A stretch of DNA of 32,000 bases from Pyrodictium abyssi (GTDB taxonomy: Archaea; Thermoproteota; Thermoprotei_A; Sulfolobales; Pyrodictiaceae). The stretch is taken from the NCBI RefSeq assembly GCF_036323395.1, contig NZ_AP028907.1:720001-752000 (forward strand). Reading direction: 5' to 3'. The notes beneath the pieces are model-generated. The model ran no database searches. It was not told where the DNA came from and saw nothing but the letters and a program-made list of their open reading frames with translations. Positions 16,916 to 25,396 of the stretch are shown here, piece by piece. Made by a program: the position numbers and the translations under genes. The stretch's first letter is position 1. Each line of letters begins with the position of its first letter.

Positions 16916-17971
16916 GTGGTACAGCCTATGTGCATGGCTACTAGCCTCTTCGGGACGAGGCCACGGTGCGTGCTAGTCCTCTCCACCGGCGGAGGCGGGG
17001 ACGTAGCTACCGCCTCTATGCTCGCGGAGGCGCTGCGCCGGGAGGGTGTAGACGCTGTAGTGGCTGCCTCCCTCTGGGAGAGGTTCGTGAGAGACCCCAA
17101 TCCGGGGCCCGTGCCCCTAGGTAGCCTGGCTGGCGCCGAGCCCTTGGCTGAGGGCGATGCTGCCCGGCTGCTCCCGGGATGCACCGCTTTCCGGGGCGGC
17201 TACGTGTTTGAGCCCGCAGCCTGCAGAGCGGCCTCGCTACTGAGGAGCCTACCGGTCTACGCTGTCGACGTGTGGGGCGGGGAGCTGGCTATACGTAGGG
17301 CTGTAGAGGAGATAGCCGCTGTTCACGGGTGCGAGGCGCTACTCGACGTCGACGTGGGCGGCGACGTGCTGGCCAACGGCCACGAAGAGGAGCTGTGGAG
17401 CCCACTGGGCGACAGCCTCGGGCTCGCAGCAGCCGCCAACTCTAGCCTACCAGCTGTCCTCGCCGTACACAGCCTAGGCGCCGACGGCGAGCTCTCCGAG
17501 GAACAGCTACTCGGGAAGATAGCCGTTTTAGCCCGTAGGGGCGGCTACCGGTGGATCAGGGGACTAGACCCGCGAGACGTCGAGCTACTAGACGAGATTC
17601 TAGGGGCCATAGAGACGGAGGCTAGCCGGATACCACTACTGGCGACGAGAGGTCTCTACGGCAGCATAGCTATAAGGGGAGGGACCCGTCGCGTCCGGGT
17701 AAGCATATACCAGGCTGCAACAGTCTTCCTGGACGCCGCCGTGGCCTACCTGGACACTCCCCCGGCCAGGGCCGTTACGGGTACAGCTAGCCTCGAAGAG
17801 GCGCGGAGACGGCTCAACGGTCTCGGCGTGTACACAGAGCTCGACCTCGAAGAGGACATCCACATGCACATAGTACTGGGAAGACTTACCCCCGAGAAGC
17901 TCATCGAGATAAAGACCGCGGGCAGGAGGCGGCTCGCCTCGCCGTCAAAAACTCGGGGCCCGGGAGCCTAG
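16916..17971 (+). CDS. Conserved archaeal hypothetical protein, possibly DUF1152 family
   Basis: 351-aa ORF with an N-terminal 'VLVLSTGGGGDVATASMLAEAL' glycine-rich loop and 'DVDVGGDVLA' and 'HSLGADGE' segments. The family name is from memory only. Probable start at ATG 16928 or 16934. Confidence 0.5.
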   Translation: MVQPMCMATSLFGTRPRCVLVLSTGGGGDVATASMLAEALRREGVDAVVAASLWERFVRDPNPGPVPLGSLAGAEPLAEGDAARLLPGCTAFRGGYVFEPAACRAASLLRSLPVYAVDVWGGELAIRRAVEEIAAVHGCEALLDVDVGGDVLANGHEEELWSPLGDSLGLAAAANSSLPAVLAVHSLGADGELSEEQLLGKIAVLARRGGYRWIRGLDPRDVELLDEILGAIETEASRIPLLATRGLYGSIAIRGGTRRVRVSIYQAATVFLDAAVAYLDTPPARAVTGTASLEEARRRLNGLGVYTELDLEEDIHMHIVLGRLTPEKLIEIKTAGRRRLASPSKTRGPGA

Positions 17972-17986
17972 CACGAGCCATAGAGG

Positions 17987-18142
17987 CTACTTGTACACCA
18001 CTATTACTAGCCTGCCACGCCACTCGCTCATCTCTATCTTTACCTTGTCGCCCTCACGCCAGCGTAGGCTCGCCATTAGCTCCTCTGGGAGCCGTATGAG
18101 GTAGCCCTTTTCGTCGCGGTCGATTACACCCTCATAGGCCAT
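17987..18142 (-). CDS. SpoVT/AbrB-domain small DNA-binding protein (antitoxin-like, no partner toxin)
   Basis: Own translation, as this is below the ORF-track size cutoff: MAYEGVIDRDEKGYLIRLPEELMASLRWREGDKVKIEMSEWRGRLVIVVYK (51 aa). It carries the typical 'hxhPxxhxxxLxhxxGDxV' looped-hinge motif. A GAGGTG SD-like sequence lies 11 nt upstream. Confidence 0.65.
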   Translation of the reverse strand: MAYEGVIDRDEKGYLIRLPEELMASLRWREGDKVKIEMSEWRGRLVIVVYK

Positions 18143-18233
18143 AGCTTATAGCCACCTCACGTTGCCTAGCCGTTCCACGTGCCCGGTGCGGAGTACATGT
18201 ACCTGTATGGGTGTAAAAACTTCTGGTCCCTCT

Positions 18234-18674
18234 TTAGCCCTGCTTCTTCGGGATAATTATCTCCACTATCTTGTTCGGCCTAACCTTCACATGCATACCG
18301 CTGGGGTCGGCATCCGGGGGTAGCGCGATTTCGTGCCTGTATAGTCGGAACTTCACCTCGCGGCCCAGGGATGTCCCGTAGACGTCGCTGAACCGTATCT
18401 CGCGCTCAAGCCTAGCCTCTAGGACTAGCCTGTCGTCGACGACACGGACTTCTAGGGACGAGGTGTCGGCAGCCGCTAGGTCTACTAGTATCGTGTAGCG
18501 GTCAGGGTACTCGTACATCGTGTATAGGGGCCGTAGGCTACCGTCGGGAGACCAGCCGTAGTGTACCGCCTCTTCCATCTCGTATAGCATCCGGTCAATT
18601 TCCTCCATTATTTTGCGCCGGAGCCTCTCCCACTCACGGCGCAGCTCCTCGTAGATGGACAAGACCGCCCACAC
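18234..18674 (-). CDS. Small heat-shock protein, Hsp20/alpha-crystallin family
   Basis: 146 aa. The alpha-crystallin domain pattern is 'YTILVDLAAADTSSLEVRVVDDRLVLEA...YRHEIALPPDADPSGMHVKVRPNKIVEIIIPKK'. An oligo-T on the coding strand (18215-18219) follows the stop. Confidence 0.85.
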   Translation of the reverse strand: MWAVLSIYEELRREWERLRRKIMEEIDRMLYEMEEAVHYGWSPDGSLRPLYTMYEYPDRYTILVDLAAADTSSLEVRVVDDRLVLEARLEREIRFSDVYGTSLGREVKFRLYRHEIALPPDADPSGMHVKVRPNKIVEIIIPKKQG

Positions 18675-18679
18675 CCCCG

Positions 18680-19447
18680 CTAGGCGTACATTAGCGAGCT
18701 CGGTGTCTTCATCTCTGCCATGGTCTGCTTTGTCTGCTTCATGAGGCCCCGGAGCCTGATTCTTATCATCTCTGCCTGCTCTAGTAGCCTCTTTACGTCC
18801 ACCTCTATCCCGGTTAGCCTCGACACCACCGTGAGCACTTCCGCCGCTGCCTCGGGGTCGGGGAACTCCACGTAGGCGTCGGCGAGCAGCACTAGGTTTG
18901 CTACGCGGCTGCGTATAGCCTGCTTAAGTATCAGGGCATAGGGCCCGACTAGGTAGCCGTTCGCGAAGCTGTCTATGTTCAGGCCCTCTACTAGTTTCCG
19001 TGCCTTCTCGTTGCTGGCTATCCAGTATACACCAGGCTTCTCGAGGTTCAGCCGATTGGGCGACGCTATACCGACTATCGACATTATGTAGTCTATGCCC
19101 CTCTTCATAGCATAGTCTACCAGCAGCTTAGCCAGCGGGTATACGGCCTGCGGCGGTACCGGTGTCTCGGCCGAGACAGCCATTATATTGTCGCTCACGT
19201 ATATCCTTATAGGCGGCCTCACATAGCCCTTAGATATGACCGCTACCGGCGGCATCATAGAGAGTATGTCTATGCCTGCTACCTCCCTCATATTGAGAGA
19301 CTCCACTAGGTGGCTAGAGGAGATTACCCCCACCAGCCCGGTGTCGGGGAGCCCAAGCACCATGAAGCTAGGCTTCTTTAGCTCGAATTCCTCGTACTCC
19401 ATTAGGAGTAGACCATCCATCTCCTCCTCGTATATGGGGCGCGTCAA
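18680..19447 (-). CDS. PAC2-family protein (proteasome assembly chaperone-like, COG1938)
   Basis: 255 aa with 'PSFMVLGLPDTGLVGVISSSHLVESL' and 'YLVGPYALILKQA' patterns typical of archaeal PAC2/PbaA-like proteins. Confidence 0.75.
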   Translation of the reverse strand: MTRPIYEEEMDGLLLMEYEEFELKKPSFMVLGLPDTGLVGVISSSHLVESLNMREVAGIDILSMMPPVAVISKGYVRPPIRIYVSDNIMAVSAETPVPPQAVYPLAKLLVDYAMKRGIDYIMSIVGIASPNRLNLEKPGVYWIASNEKARKLVEGLNIDSFANGYLVGPYALILKQAIRSRVANLVLLADAYVEFPDPEAAAEVLTVVSRLTGIEVDVKRLLEQAEMIRIRLRGLMKQTKQTMAEMKTPSSLMYA

Positions 19448-19698
19448 GGCCTATTCCACTCCTCTCCCGTATTGGGTTTAAGGCTGCTCCAAACGGGATA
19501 TGTATGCATACCCGGGGACGATTATTCTAGAGACATGTGATAGTCTAGCTGCCGTAGAGTCCCTGGATGAATAAGCTAGATGGGAGCTTGTGCTAAAGGC
19601 TCTTCCTCTGCAGCTATAGCGGAGGAGCCGCACTCCCTAGTACGGTGTCCGCCAGGGTGCCACCGGGGCTCGCATCCCCCGAGGGGCATGGCGGGCAG

Positions 19699-20049
19699 CT
19701 AGTACGCGATGCTGTGGATTTCCTCGAGCACTTCGCGCAGAGATACGTATGCCTCACGTGTGGCCCTAATTCTCGCACCAGCACGCATTAGTGTTAGTAT
19801 TGACCCGGCAATGCGTGGCGCGACCACGTATAACGGCGCCCCGGCAGCGAGGGTAGCTGCGGCTGACGGTATCCCCGCGACAGCTGCTACCAGCCTAAGC
19901 CTCTCACCTCTACTCATGTACACGCCCTCTATGGATCCTCTCACTATCTCCATGCCCTTGGCCGCCTCTCTGACGCCGTTTGCCAGTTCACGGTACGACT
20001 CTGCTAGCTCGGCAGCAACCATGGCTGTTGTCCTGGCATTTCTGTCCAC
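19699..20049 (-). CDS. Hypothetical protein
   Basis: 116-aa ORF with a charged helical N-terminus, a hydrophobic Ala/Gly-rich middle (LVAAVAGIPSAAATLAAGAPLYVVAP) and a helical C-terminus. It is preferred over the overlapping + strand ORF, which is S/A/P low complexity. No family recognised. Confidence 0.45.
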   Translation of the reverse strand: MDRNARTTAMVAAELAESYRELANGVREAAKGMEIVRGSIEGVYMSRGERLRLVAAVAGIPSAAATLAAGAPLYVVAPRIAGSILTLMRAGARIRATREAYVSLREVLEEIHSIAY

Positions 20050-20304
20050 GTTCCCACCCCATTACACTATGTTATTCTGAGCGTGTCACGGCGTAAAGCA
20101 GGCACGGGCTGATGCTACTCGGGTGTTACCAGGACTACCGGCCAGAGACCTGCCACAGTGAGCCGCCACAAATCCGCGGCCGAAGCACCCAGTCCACTGC
20201 AATAATAATGATTCACGTGGCCATCAAAGACGCGTAATGCTTCTCAAACACGTTTTAGTGCTCGGCCTGCTCCCGGGGCTCATGACGAGAGGCCGGGCAG
20301 AGCC

Positions 20305-20631
20305 ATGGTCGAGGTATCCATAACTTCACGCGACGACGATGCTGCGGCCTGGTATAACGACGGTGTTATATACATAAATGTTAGGTGGCTCCAGCTGGAA
20401 GAAGAGGCAGAATGGTTTATCGACGAGAGCTTTATCCACGAGTATGTAGAGCACGTCCTAGGGCTAGGCCACGAGAGCGCCGTCTTCGTCGAGAACGTTC
20501 TTCGGGACAACCTCTACAGGGAGTGGTACGGAGTGAATCCTACACAGATGCTCTACAGCAGCCCCAGCAGCATACAGGCTAGTAGAGCATCTTTACAGCC
20601 TGAGCGTGAGGTACTCCAGCCACACGTATAA
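20305..20631 (+). CDS. Small hypothetical protein with zincin-like His/Glu cluster (HEYVEHVLGLGHE)
   Basis: 108-aa ORF. Residues 45-57 are H-E-Y-V-E-H-V-L-G-L-G-H-E. An 'MLY' lies about 25 residues downstream. The last 53 nt overlap the convergent DUF424 gene. Confidence 0.5.
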   Translation: MVEVSITSRDDDAAAWYNDGVIYINVRWLQLEEEAEWFIDESFIHEYVEHVLGLGHESAVFVENVLRDNLYREWYGVNPTQMLYSSPSSIQASRASLQPEREVLQPHV

Positions 20632-20914
20632 CCGCTTCCGGGTGCACTAGCCCCTCCTTTATAGCGGCGTTCACAACGTTCTCCCCTACGAGGTTGAGTA
20701 CCGTGGCTTCACGTGCCTTGTTCATAGCGTAGCTCAGCGGTACTAGTTGTCCTCCGTAGAACCTCTCGTTGACGTGTAACACCAGCTTCCCGTCCACTAG
20801 CTTTACCCCCAGCAGGTCCTGGTCACACATGGCTACTATCTTCTCGCCATGCGCCTCGATTATGTTTATGTAGACCAGCGGCTCAGCATCCTCCGGCATA
20901 CTGGCGTCCTCCAC
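20579..20914 (-). CDS. DUF424-family archaeal protein
   Basis: 111 aa. 'VAMCDQDLLGVKL...VNERFYGGQLV...LNLVGENVVNAAIKEGL...VAGVPHAQ' matches my memory of the DUF424 signature. Confidence 0.7.
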   Translation of the reverse strand: MEDASMPEDAEPLVYINIIEAHGEKIVAMCDQDLLGVKLVDGKLVLHVNERFYGGQLVPLSYAMNKAREATVLNLVGENVVNAAIKEGLVHPEAVIRVAGVPHAQAVKMLY

Positions 20915-20989
20915 CCTAGCGTAGAGTGGCCCCGGCCCGAGGAGATTAATTAGTCGCTAGGCGGGAGAGGCTGTAGCGGGGGTTCGACA

Positions 20990-21439
20990 TTGAGCCAGCC
21001 CGCAAACAGTGAAGCGCTAAAGCTGATATACGATTACGATTACCTGCTGCAGAGGCTCTATTCGAGACTACCGGCTAGGACTGCCAAGGCCTCGCGATTC
21101 GAGCTACCAAAGCTCATGGTGGAGAGGATAGGCACGAAGACTGTTATAAGGAACTTTAAGCAGCTTGCCGACGTTATGAGAAGAGAGCCGCGGCTGGTTA
21201 TGAGGTATCTACTGAAGGAGCTGGGTACAAGCGGCAACTACGACGAGGAGAATGGTATGCTACTCATAAACGCCAAGGTGTCTAGTGCTACGCTGAACAA
21301 CCTCGTACAGAGGTTCGTCAAGACCTACGTGATATGCCCGACTTGCGGTGCTCCGGATACGAGGCTAGAGCGCCGGGGGAAGGCGTGGATACTAGCGTGC
21401 GACGCATGCGGCGCCGAGCAGCCGGTACCACCGCTATAG
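20990..21439 (+). CDS. eif2b: Translation initiation factor aIF-2 beta subunit
   Basis: 149 aa with 'RFELPKLMVERIGTKTVIRNFKQLADVMRREPRLVMRYLLKELGTSG' and the C-terminal zinc ribbon CPTCGAPDT...CDACGA. TTG start. Confidence 0.9.
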   Translation: MSQPANSEALKLIYDYDYLLQRLYSRLPARTAKASRFELPKLMVERIGTKTVIRNFKQLADVMRREPRLVMRYLLKELGTSGNYDEENGMLLINAKVSSATLNNLVQRFVKTYVICPTCGAPDTRLERRGKAWILACDACGAEQPVPPL

Positions 21440-21541
21440 CGCTCTAATAGAGAGCTGGGCCTCCTATCCTCCTACTTCTACTCTGGTACGTGATTTAACT
21501 CCCTCCCGTGGCTGTGTAGTAGAGTTTGGGTAGGATGCTCT

Positions 21542-22432
21542 TTGCCGGGAAAGCTGATACTACTCGGCCAGTACCCCCCTACGGTGGTCCTCGATCCCGG
21601 CCAGAATCTCCTTGAAGCCCTCCTGGCCCTTGACCAGAGGGGAGTACGCCACGCGGTTGTTGTAGACAGCGATGGCCGGCTCCAGGGAATACTATCTATA
21701 CGCCGTATACTCTCGTTTATAGAGAGGCGCCTAGCCTCTGGTGGCGTATACGAGGGACTGAAGCAGACAAGGGTAGCCGATGTTATGTGGCATAACCCGC
21801 CACGTGTAGTCCTAGGGGAATTCGGCATAGAGGACGTCATATACATACTGTCTAGGCTGAACGTCGGCGCGATAACGGTGGTAGACAAGGACGAGAGAGT
21901 ACTCGGAATAATCTCCGAGAAGCACATAACGGGGATAATGGCGCTAGCCGAGATACACGTAGCCGTACACGAAGTCATGACGAAACCTGCTAAGAGCCTC
22001 AGTACCGGTTCAAAGCTTCGAGAGGCCATAGAGCTTATGGCTATCCACAGACACCGCCACATACCCATAGTCGGTGACGGTGGCCGTGTAGCGGCTATGC
22101 TCACAGCACGCGACGTGCTAGACTATATAGCTCTAGAGACTACCCTAGACAAGCTAGCAGAAGGGCTAGACGAGGAAGTATTCAACACCCCCGTGACACA
22201 TGTGGCCACCGGCGCTCCTGCAACAGTAGAGCCCGAGGCAGATGTCAGCAAAGCGCTCAGGCTAATGCGTAAGAGAGGCATCAGTGGCCTACCAGTAGTC
22301 AACCGGGACGGAGAACTCGAAGGCATAATAACCGAGCGGGACATAGTGATAAAGATGCCGAAGCTTGTCGGCACCGAGCTATTCTACGACTACGCGCGTT
22401 CACGCCTATACGTCGCCAGGGTAGTCTTCTAG
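21542..22432 (+). CDS. CBS-domain protein (four CBS repeats)
   Basis: 296 aa with repeated CBS signatures (VVVDSDGRLQGILSIRRIL; VVDKDERVLGIISEKHI; PIVGDGGRVAAMLTARDVL; PVVNRDGELEGIITERDIV). The antisense ORF 21478..22104 is low complexity. Confidence 0.85.
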   Translation: MPGKLILLGQYPPTVVLDPGQNLLEALLALDQRGVRHAVVVDSDGRLQGILSIRRILSFIERRLASGGVYEGLKQTRVADVMWHNPPRVVLGEFGIEDVIYILSRLNVGAITVVDKDERVLGIISEKHITGIMALAEIHVAVHEVMTKPAKSLSTGSKLREAIELMAIHRHRHIPIVGDGGRVAAMLTARDVLDYIALETTLDKLAEGLDEEVFNTPVTHVATGAPATVEPEADVSKALRLMRKRGISGLPVVNRDGELEGIITERDIVIKMPKLVGTELFYDYARSRLYVARVVF

Positions 22433-22614
22433 ACCCCCAGGAGCGCCCTTTACCGGGGCCCGGGGAGGCCCCTAGAGGCCTACATTGTTTGGCTGCGCCG
22501 CACTCACATGCCTCCACTATAGCCGCCTAATCCATGCCCGGGTCATGCTAGGGACTTAACCAACCTCGTACGTACACACGTGCCTGTGCACGGAGAAGTA
22601 GGAGCTAGGGCTGG

Positions 22615-23349
22615 GTGGCAAACGCTGTGTATAGGGCGCTACTCGCTAAGCTGCTGAGAGCCTGGCTAGCAGCCGACAGGATGCCGGAGCACGTGGCTAT
22701 AATCCCCGATGGCAACCGGCGCTGGGCTCGTAGGAGAGGGCTTCCGCCAGCAGCCGGGCATGCCCGGGGGTACCAGGTTGCAAAGAAGACGCTCGACCTG
22801 CTGTGGAGCCTGGGCGTCAGGAACGTTACCTTCTATGCATTGTCCAGGGAGAATTGCCTCTACCGCTCCCGCGAGGAGCTGGAAAACATACACAAGCTGC
22901 TCAGCCGCGCCGTGGACGAGCTGCTACGCGATAAGCGTGTTGAAAGCGGGCAGACGCGTGTATTCTTCGGCGGCGACATGTCCCTACTACCTGCCTGGCT
23001 CGTAGAGCGTATAGAGGAGATAAACCGGGCTACAGCGGGTAACGGCCCCTACACTCTCGCTATAGCTGTGTGCTATAGCGGGCGCTGGGAGGTAGAGGAT
23101 GCTGTACGGCGTAGCTGCAGAGGCGGCGAGATAGGGGACATCCGGGGGAGCATGGTCTTCGGTTGGCTTCCGGAGCCAGACCTACTGATAAGGACTGGCG
23201 GGGAGATGCGGCTTAGCGGCTTCCTTCTCTACCACATAGCCTACACGGAGCTGTACTTCACCCGCCGCTTGTGGCCTGAGTTTGACGAGGCTGAGCTGTA
23301 TCGTGCTCTCCTCTCTTTTCAGAGGAGGGAGCGGAGGTTCGGAAGATAG
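22615..23349 (+). CDS. uppS: cis-Prenyltransferase (undecaprenyl-diphosphate synthase family, UppS)
   Basis: 244 aa with 'HVAIIPDGNRRWA', 'TFYALSRENCLYRSREE', 'LIRTGGEMRLSGFLLYHIAYTELYF', 'LWPEF' and a C-terminal 'RRERRFGR'. Confidence 0.9.
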   Translation: MANAVYRALLAKLLRAWLAADRMPEHVAIIPDGNRRWARRRGLPPAAGHARGYQVAKKTLDLLWSLGVRNVTFYALSRENCLYRSREELENIHKLLSRAVDELLRDKRVESGQTRVFFGGDMSLLPAWLVERIEEINRATAGNGPYTLAIAVCYSGRWEVEDAVRRSCRGGEIGDIRGSMVFGWLPEPDLLIRTGGEMRLSGFLLYHIAYTELYFTRRLWPEFDEAELYRALLSFQRRERRFGR

Positions 23350-24415
23350 AGCGCTCGAGCATCCTAGCTAGCTGCCAGACTACGGCAACGAGCATCACTG
23401 ACGCCACGGCGTAGAGCGCGAAGTTGCTCGCTATAAGCGCTTGTATGAACTCGCCTAGGCTGAGGCTAGTCATCATGTTCAGTGCTGAGGCTATCGTGTC
23501 GAGCAGCACGACGGCCACTATAACCGTGGCTATGGATACTAGCTCCCTTGTGAGCTTTAAGCTGCCCGATACGAACTTAGACGCTGCATGGCCTAGTATT
23601 GCAATGCTAGCCGCGAACCCTAGTAGCCCGGTGACGCCGCGCAAGGTCTCAGCAAGCTCGTCGGGGGTTATACTGCGGGCGTTCATGAGTTGTGTAGCTG
23701 CGAGACCTATGGCAAGGGCTACTGAGAGGCCAGCCGTAGCGTAGGAGACCAGTGTCACCGGCGTCTCCGTCAACGTCTTGACTATCTTGTCCTCGAGGTC
23801 GAAGCCCCTGATAATCATGGCTACACCAGCGACCATGAATACCAGTAGGAGTGCCTCCCGGAGCATGTTCATTAGAGCTAACGCGGAGAACATGACGAGT
23901 ATTATCCCGGGGACGCCGAGGAACATCCGCGAGAATCTCGGCTCGGTCATCACCTTGCGCAGGTACTTGACGAACAAGACATAGGTCTCTTCAACCCCCC
24001 TTAGCTGTTTTATAACGAGCCGGTGCACGCCGTAGACGGGGACAATGGAGGCTACCATAGGGACTAGAAGCTCGTCTTCAGACCCATCAGATACTACTAT
24101 AACGCCATCGGGCTTGTACTCTTCTATGAGCTTCTCCAGCTCTTGGCGTGCATGCATGCTGGCCTCTGCTCCGCCAAGCCCGCTACCAGCTATGGCTGCT
24201 GGCTCGGCTTCGTAGCCCTTACGGCGGAGCTCGTCTGCTAGCTTGACCGCCGCAAATAGAACGTTCGCGTCCGAGTCCTCGGGGTCGTAGAGTGCGAAAC
24301 GTATGGCCGCGTCTAGCACCTGCTCCCGGCCTAGTATGGGTGTGGATATACCTGCACGGCCTAAATCGTTGTCCAGGTCAACTGCCAGCACTAGTACTCT
24401 CTTCTGGTACTTCAT
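23258..24415 (-). CDS. DUF373-family archaeal integral membrane protein
   Basis: 385 aa. The soluble N-terminal domain reads 'VLVLAVDLDNDLGRAGISTPILGRE...YDPEDSDANVLFAA', followed by about 6 TM helices. The last 92 nt overlap the uppS 3' end on the other strand. Confidence 0.65.
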   Translation of the reverse strand: MKYQKRVLVLAVDLDNDLGRAGISTPILGREQVLDAAIRFALYDPEDSDANVLFAAVKLADELRRKGYEAEPAAIAGSGLGGAEASMHARQELEKLIEEYKPDGVIVVSDGSEDELLVPMVASIVPVYGVHRLVIKQLRGVEETYVLFVKYLRKVMTEPRFSRMFLGVPGIILVMFSALALMNMLREALLLVFMVAGVAMIIRGFDLEDKIVKTLTETPVTLVSYATAGLSVALAIGLAATQLMNARSITPDELAETLRGVTGLLGFAASIAILGHAASKFVSGSLKLTRELVSIATVIVAVVLLDTIASALNMMTSLSLGEFIQALIASNFALYAVASVMLVAVVWQLARMLERSIFRTSAPSSEKRGEHDTAQPRQTQATSGG

Positions 24416-25376
24416 TACCCTCTTCCTCTAGCTCGTCTAGCTGTGTCGCGTACAGTAGCTTCAGCTCTTCTAGTGTTAGCGGCTCGCCACGTTTAAGCTT
24501 CTCTTCTACCTGGCGTTTCTTCTCAGCGTATATCTGCAGTATCTTCTCGCGCTCCCTGCCAGTGTATATGCTCTTTAGCTGCTGGCTCAGCTGCCTAAGC
24601 TCCTGCACCTTACTGTTTATCTCCTCGCGGAGCTCGTCTATCTCGCGGCTCTTCTCCTCTATGGTCTTCGTGAGCTCGTCTATCTTAGAGCTGAGCGACT
24701 CCAGCTCCTGCCGTAGAGTGTTTATGCGCTCGTCTATACGGGATATGCGTTCGCTACGGGCGCGTATCTCCTCGCCGTAGCTGCGTAGCTGGAGGCGGAG
24801 CCCCATTAGCTCGGCGTGCTTCTCGGCTAGCTCCTGGAGGAGCTGCCTCGCCTCCATGGTCTTCTGGAGCAGCGCCTCGAGCCTAGTTATCTCGTCTATT
24901 ATCTCCTTCTCCTGCTGCGGTGTGAGGATCTGTGTCTGCTGGCGCCACTCAAGCTCCTCTATGCGCCGGCGGATAGCGTTTATACTGCGGCGCGCCAAGG
25001 GCCTAAGCTCTGCTGCTATACGCTTCTGCTGCTCGAGCTCGTTCACGGCAGCGCGCAGCTTCTCTAGAAGCTCGCGGCGCTTCTGCCGGAGGTTACGAAC
25101 CTCCTCGACTAGCTGGCGGCGCTTCTCCCGGAGCTGTCTTATTTGCTCGCGGAGCTGCTTCGCACGCTCTATAAGCTGGCGCCTTTCCTGGCGGAGGCCG
25201 CGGACCTCTTCTATCATGCTGTAGCGCTTCTCCTTGAGCTGCTTGATCTCCTCGCGCAGGGCTGTTATCCTGTCAAGTATCTCCTTCTCGGATGCCTCAA
25301 TGATGCCTGGCTGCAAGGGCGCATCAACCCTTCGCGGAGGAGTGCTTGCTATTGGCGCCGGGAGTGAACCGTGCAC
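24378..25376 (-). CDS. Archaeal coiled-coil protein (COG1340-like)
   Basis: 332 aa, almost entirely heptad-like E/K/R/L/Q repeats (EIKQLKEKR...LRQERRQLIERAKQLREQIRQLREKRRQLVEEVRNLRQKRRELLEKL). The stop overlaps the DUF373 start by 38 nt. Confidence 0.7.
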   Translation of the reverse strand: MHGSLPAPIASTPPRRVDAPLQPGIIEASEKEILDRITALREEIKQLKEKRYSMIEEVRGLRQERRQLIERAKQLREQIRQLREKRRQLVEEVRNLRQKRRELLEKLRAAVNELEQQKRIAAELRPLARRSINAIRRRIEELEWRQQTQILTPQQEKEIIDEITRLEALLQKTMEARQLLQELAEKHAELMGLRLQLRSYGEEIRARSERISRIDERINTLRQELESLSSKIDELTKTIEEKSREIDELREEINSKVQELRQLSQQLKSIYTGREREKILQIYAEKKRQVEEKLKRGEPLTLEELKLLYATQLDELEEEGNEVPEESTSAGS

Positions 25377-25396
25377 CTGGAGCTATATTACTGCTT

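Noticed and set aside
19540-19610. Possible C/D-box sRNA (GTGATAG ... GGATGAAT ... )
   Set aside because: The C and C' boxes deviate from RUGAUGA, and no CUGA D or D' boxes occur at the required spacing. ATGATGA or GTGATGA strings elsewhere (about 9883 and about 11853) lie inside coding regions without matching D boxes.
21478-22104. 208-aa minus-strand ORF
   Set aside because: It is antisense to the CBS-domain gene, which has four clear CBS repeats. The translation is S/T/R-rich with no motifs.
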